Shown one piece after another: positions 63,216 to 64,000 of a DNA stretch of 64,000 bases (position 1 is its first letter; each line of letters starts with the position of its first letter). The position numbers and the translations under genes were made by a program. Below the pieces are notes generated by a model that had not been told where the DNA came from, did no database searches, and saw nothing but the letters and a program-made list of their open reading frames with translations. This stretch comes from Podarcis tiliguerta. Its lineage: Eukaryota. The DNA lies in NCBI GenBank assembly GCA_965153285.1, contig OZ229112.1. One strand, written 5' to 3'.

Positions 63216-63822
63216 TAAAAGATGCTCTCAAGGCCAATCCCCGTCATAAGGGGAACACAAGCATTTCACAAGGGTGACCCTAAGGCAAATTTTGCCTCTA
63301 GACAGAGGAACCAGGGCATACTCTTAACACATATCTCTCCAGGAGAGCAAGCACCTCTCGGACAAAAGTAGTAGAGTGCACTCTCTCTGCTCCTTGTCTC
63401 ACCTTCACCAAACAAAGATTATTCCTGAAGCTTCTCCCTTCAGGTTTGCCATTTTGGAATGCAGGACTGTAAGGTCTTCAAAACAGATGAGGCTTGCTGC
63501 TCTCGGTTCTCCACTCCCACCTTGTGCTGGATATCCCCCTCCCCCCCCCGAGACTTGCAGCACATTAGTTAAGGCCTTAATCTCTGTCACATGCATGGAT
63601 AAATTATGCAAATGAGCCAGAAGCTCATCAGATGATGTCAAGGTAGATGCTGGGCCCACCATAGGATCAAATGGTAGCTTGTACACAGTGCTTCCTACTT
63701 TATTACCTTTTGCTGGCATTTGTAGCCTAGGACAAGGTAACATAATATCACTGGCAAACAGTGACTAAATATACTGAAGAAACCCATTATTTCTTATTGT
63801 TCTGTACATCTCCTTGCCCCCC

Positions 63823-64000
63823 TGTCAGGGAACTGCCATCAGAGCAGGAGGAGGTGAGAGGGCTCCCGGATGATGGTGGAGAGGGTCCCAGTAGGAGGAG
63901 GGATAGCCCATACGCTGGGGAAAGAAATCAGCGTAACACCAATGGAGAAGGGGAGGAGATAGAGGAAGCGGAGGGGTGGCTCCAGGATTCTTCGCTGGAG
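63823..64000. mobile_element. Possible LTR start, cut by the window edge
   Basis: Abrupt change to purine/GC-rich sequence starting TGTCAGGG; the other end is not visible. Confidence 0.3.

Larger units (their letters stand above)
8197..64000 (-). other. PACRG: 3' part of the very large upstream PACRG intron (next upstream exon not seen in window)
   Basis: No sequence encoding the upstream PACRG peptide (...[20 protein letters not shown]) was noticed by eye or in the ORF track. PACRG is known to have very long introns. Confidence 0.75.

Noticed and set aside
1-64000. Prokaryote-type or wholly novel multi-gene system
   Set aside because: The window is eukaryotic intronic DNA; no operons, arrays or intact uncharacterised genes were seen.

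Overview
This is AT-rich vertebrate genomic DNA, most likely from a squamate (lacertid-like) lizard, as inferred from its repeats: Sauria SINEs, Bov-B, and squamate-type CR1/L2 tails. The only protein-coding gene I can support is PACRG (Parkin co-regulated gene) on the minus strand. Two internal coding exons lie at 8025-8196 (172 nt) and 658-807 (150 nt), with canonical splice sites and matching phases. The rest is PACRG intron: a 7.2 kb intron between these exons and more than 55 kb of the very large upstream intron. The introns hold many transposable elements that can be delimited by TIRs and TSDs: four Sauria SINEs, two Bov-B 3' ends, CR1/L2/RTE relics, Tc1-mariner/hAT/Harbinger-type MITEs, a probable solo LTR and a probable DIRS relic. 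There are also non-repetitive blocks that look like conserved enhancers, and one 132-N assembly gap. Nearly all ORFs in the supplied track are spurious or TE-derived. I found no convincing novel biological system. The best second-look items are a hAT element carrying a CpG-rich ~170-bp palindrome, a decayed reading frame split by a CR1 at ~57.9-58.5 kb, an RT-less CR1 with a nested insertion, a sense-oriented solo LTR, a local 140-bp duplication, and candidate CTCF/RFX/enhancer elements.
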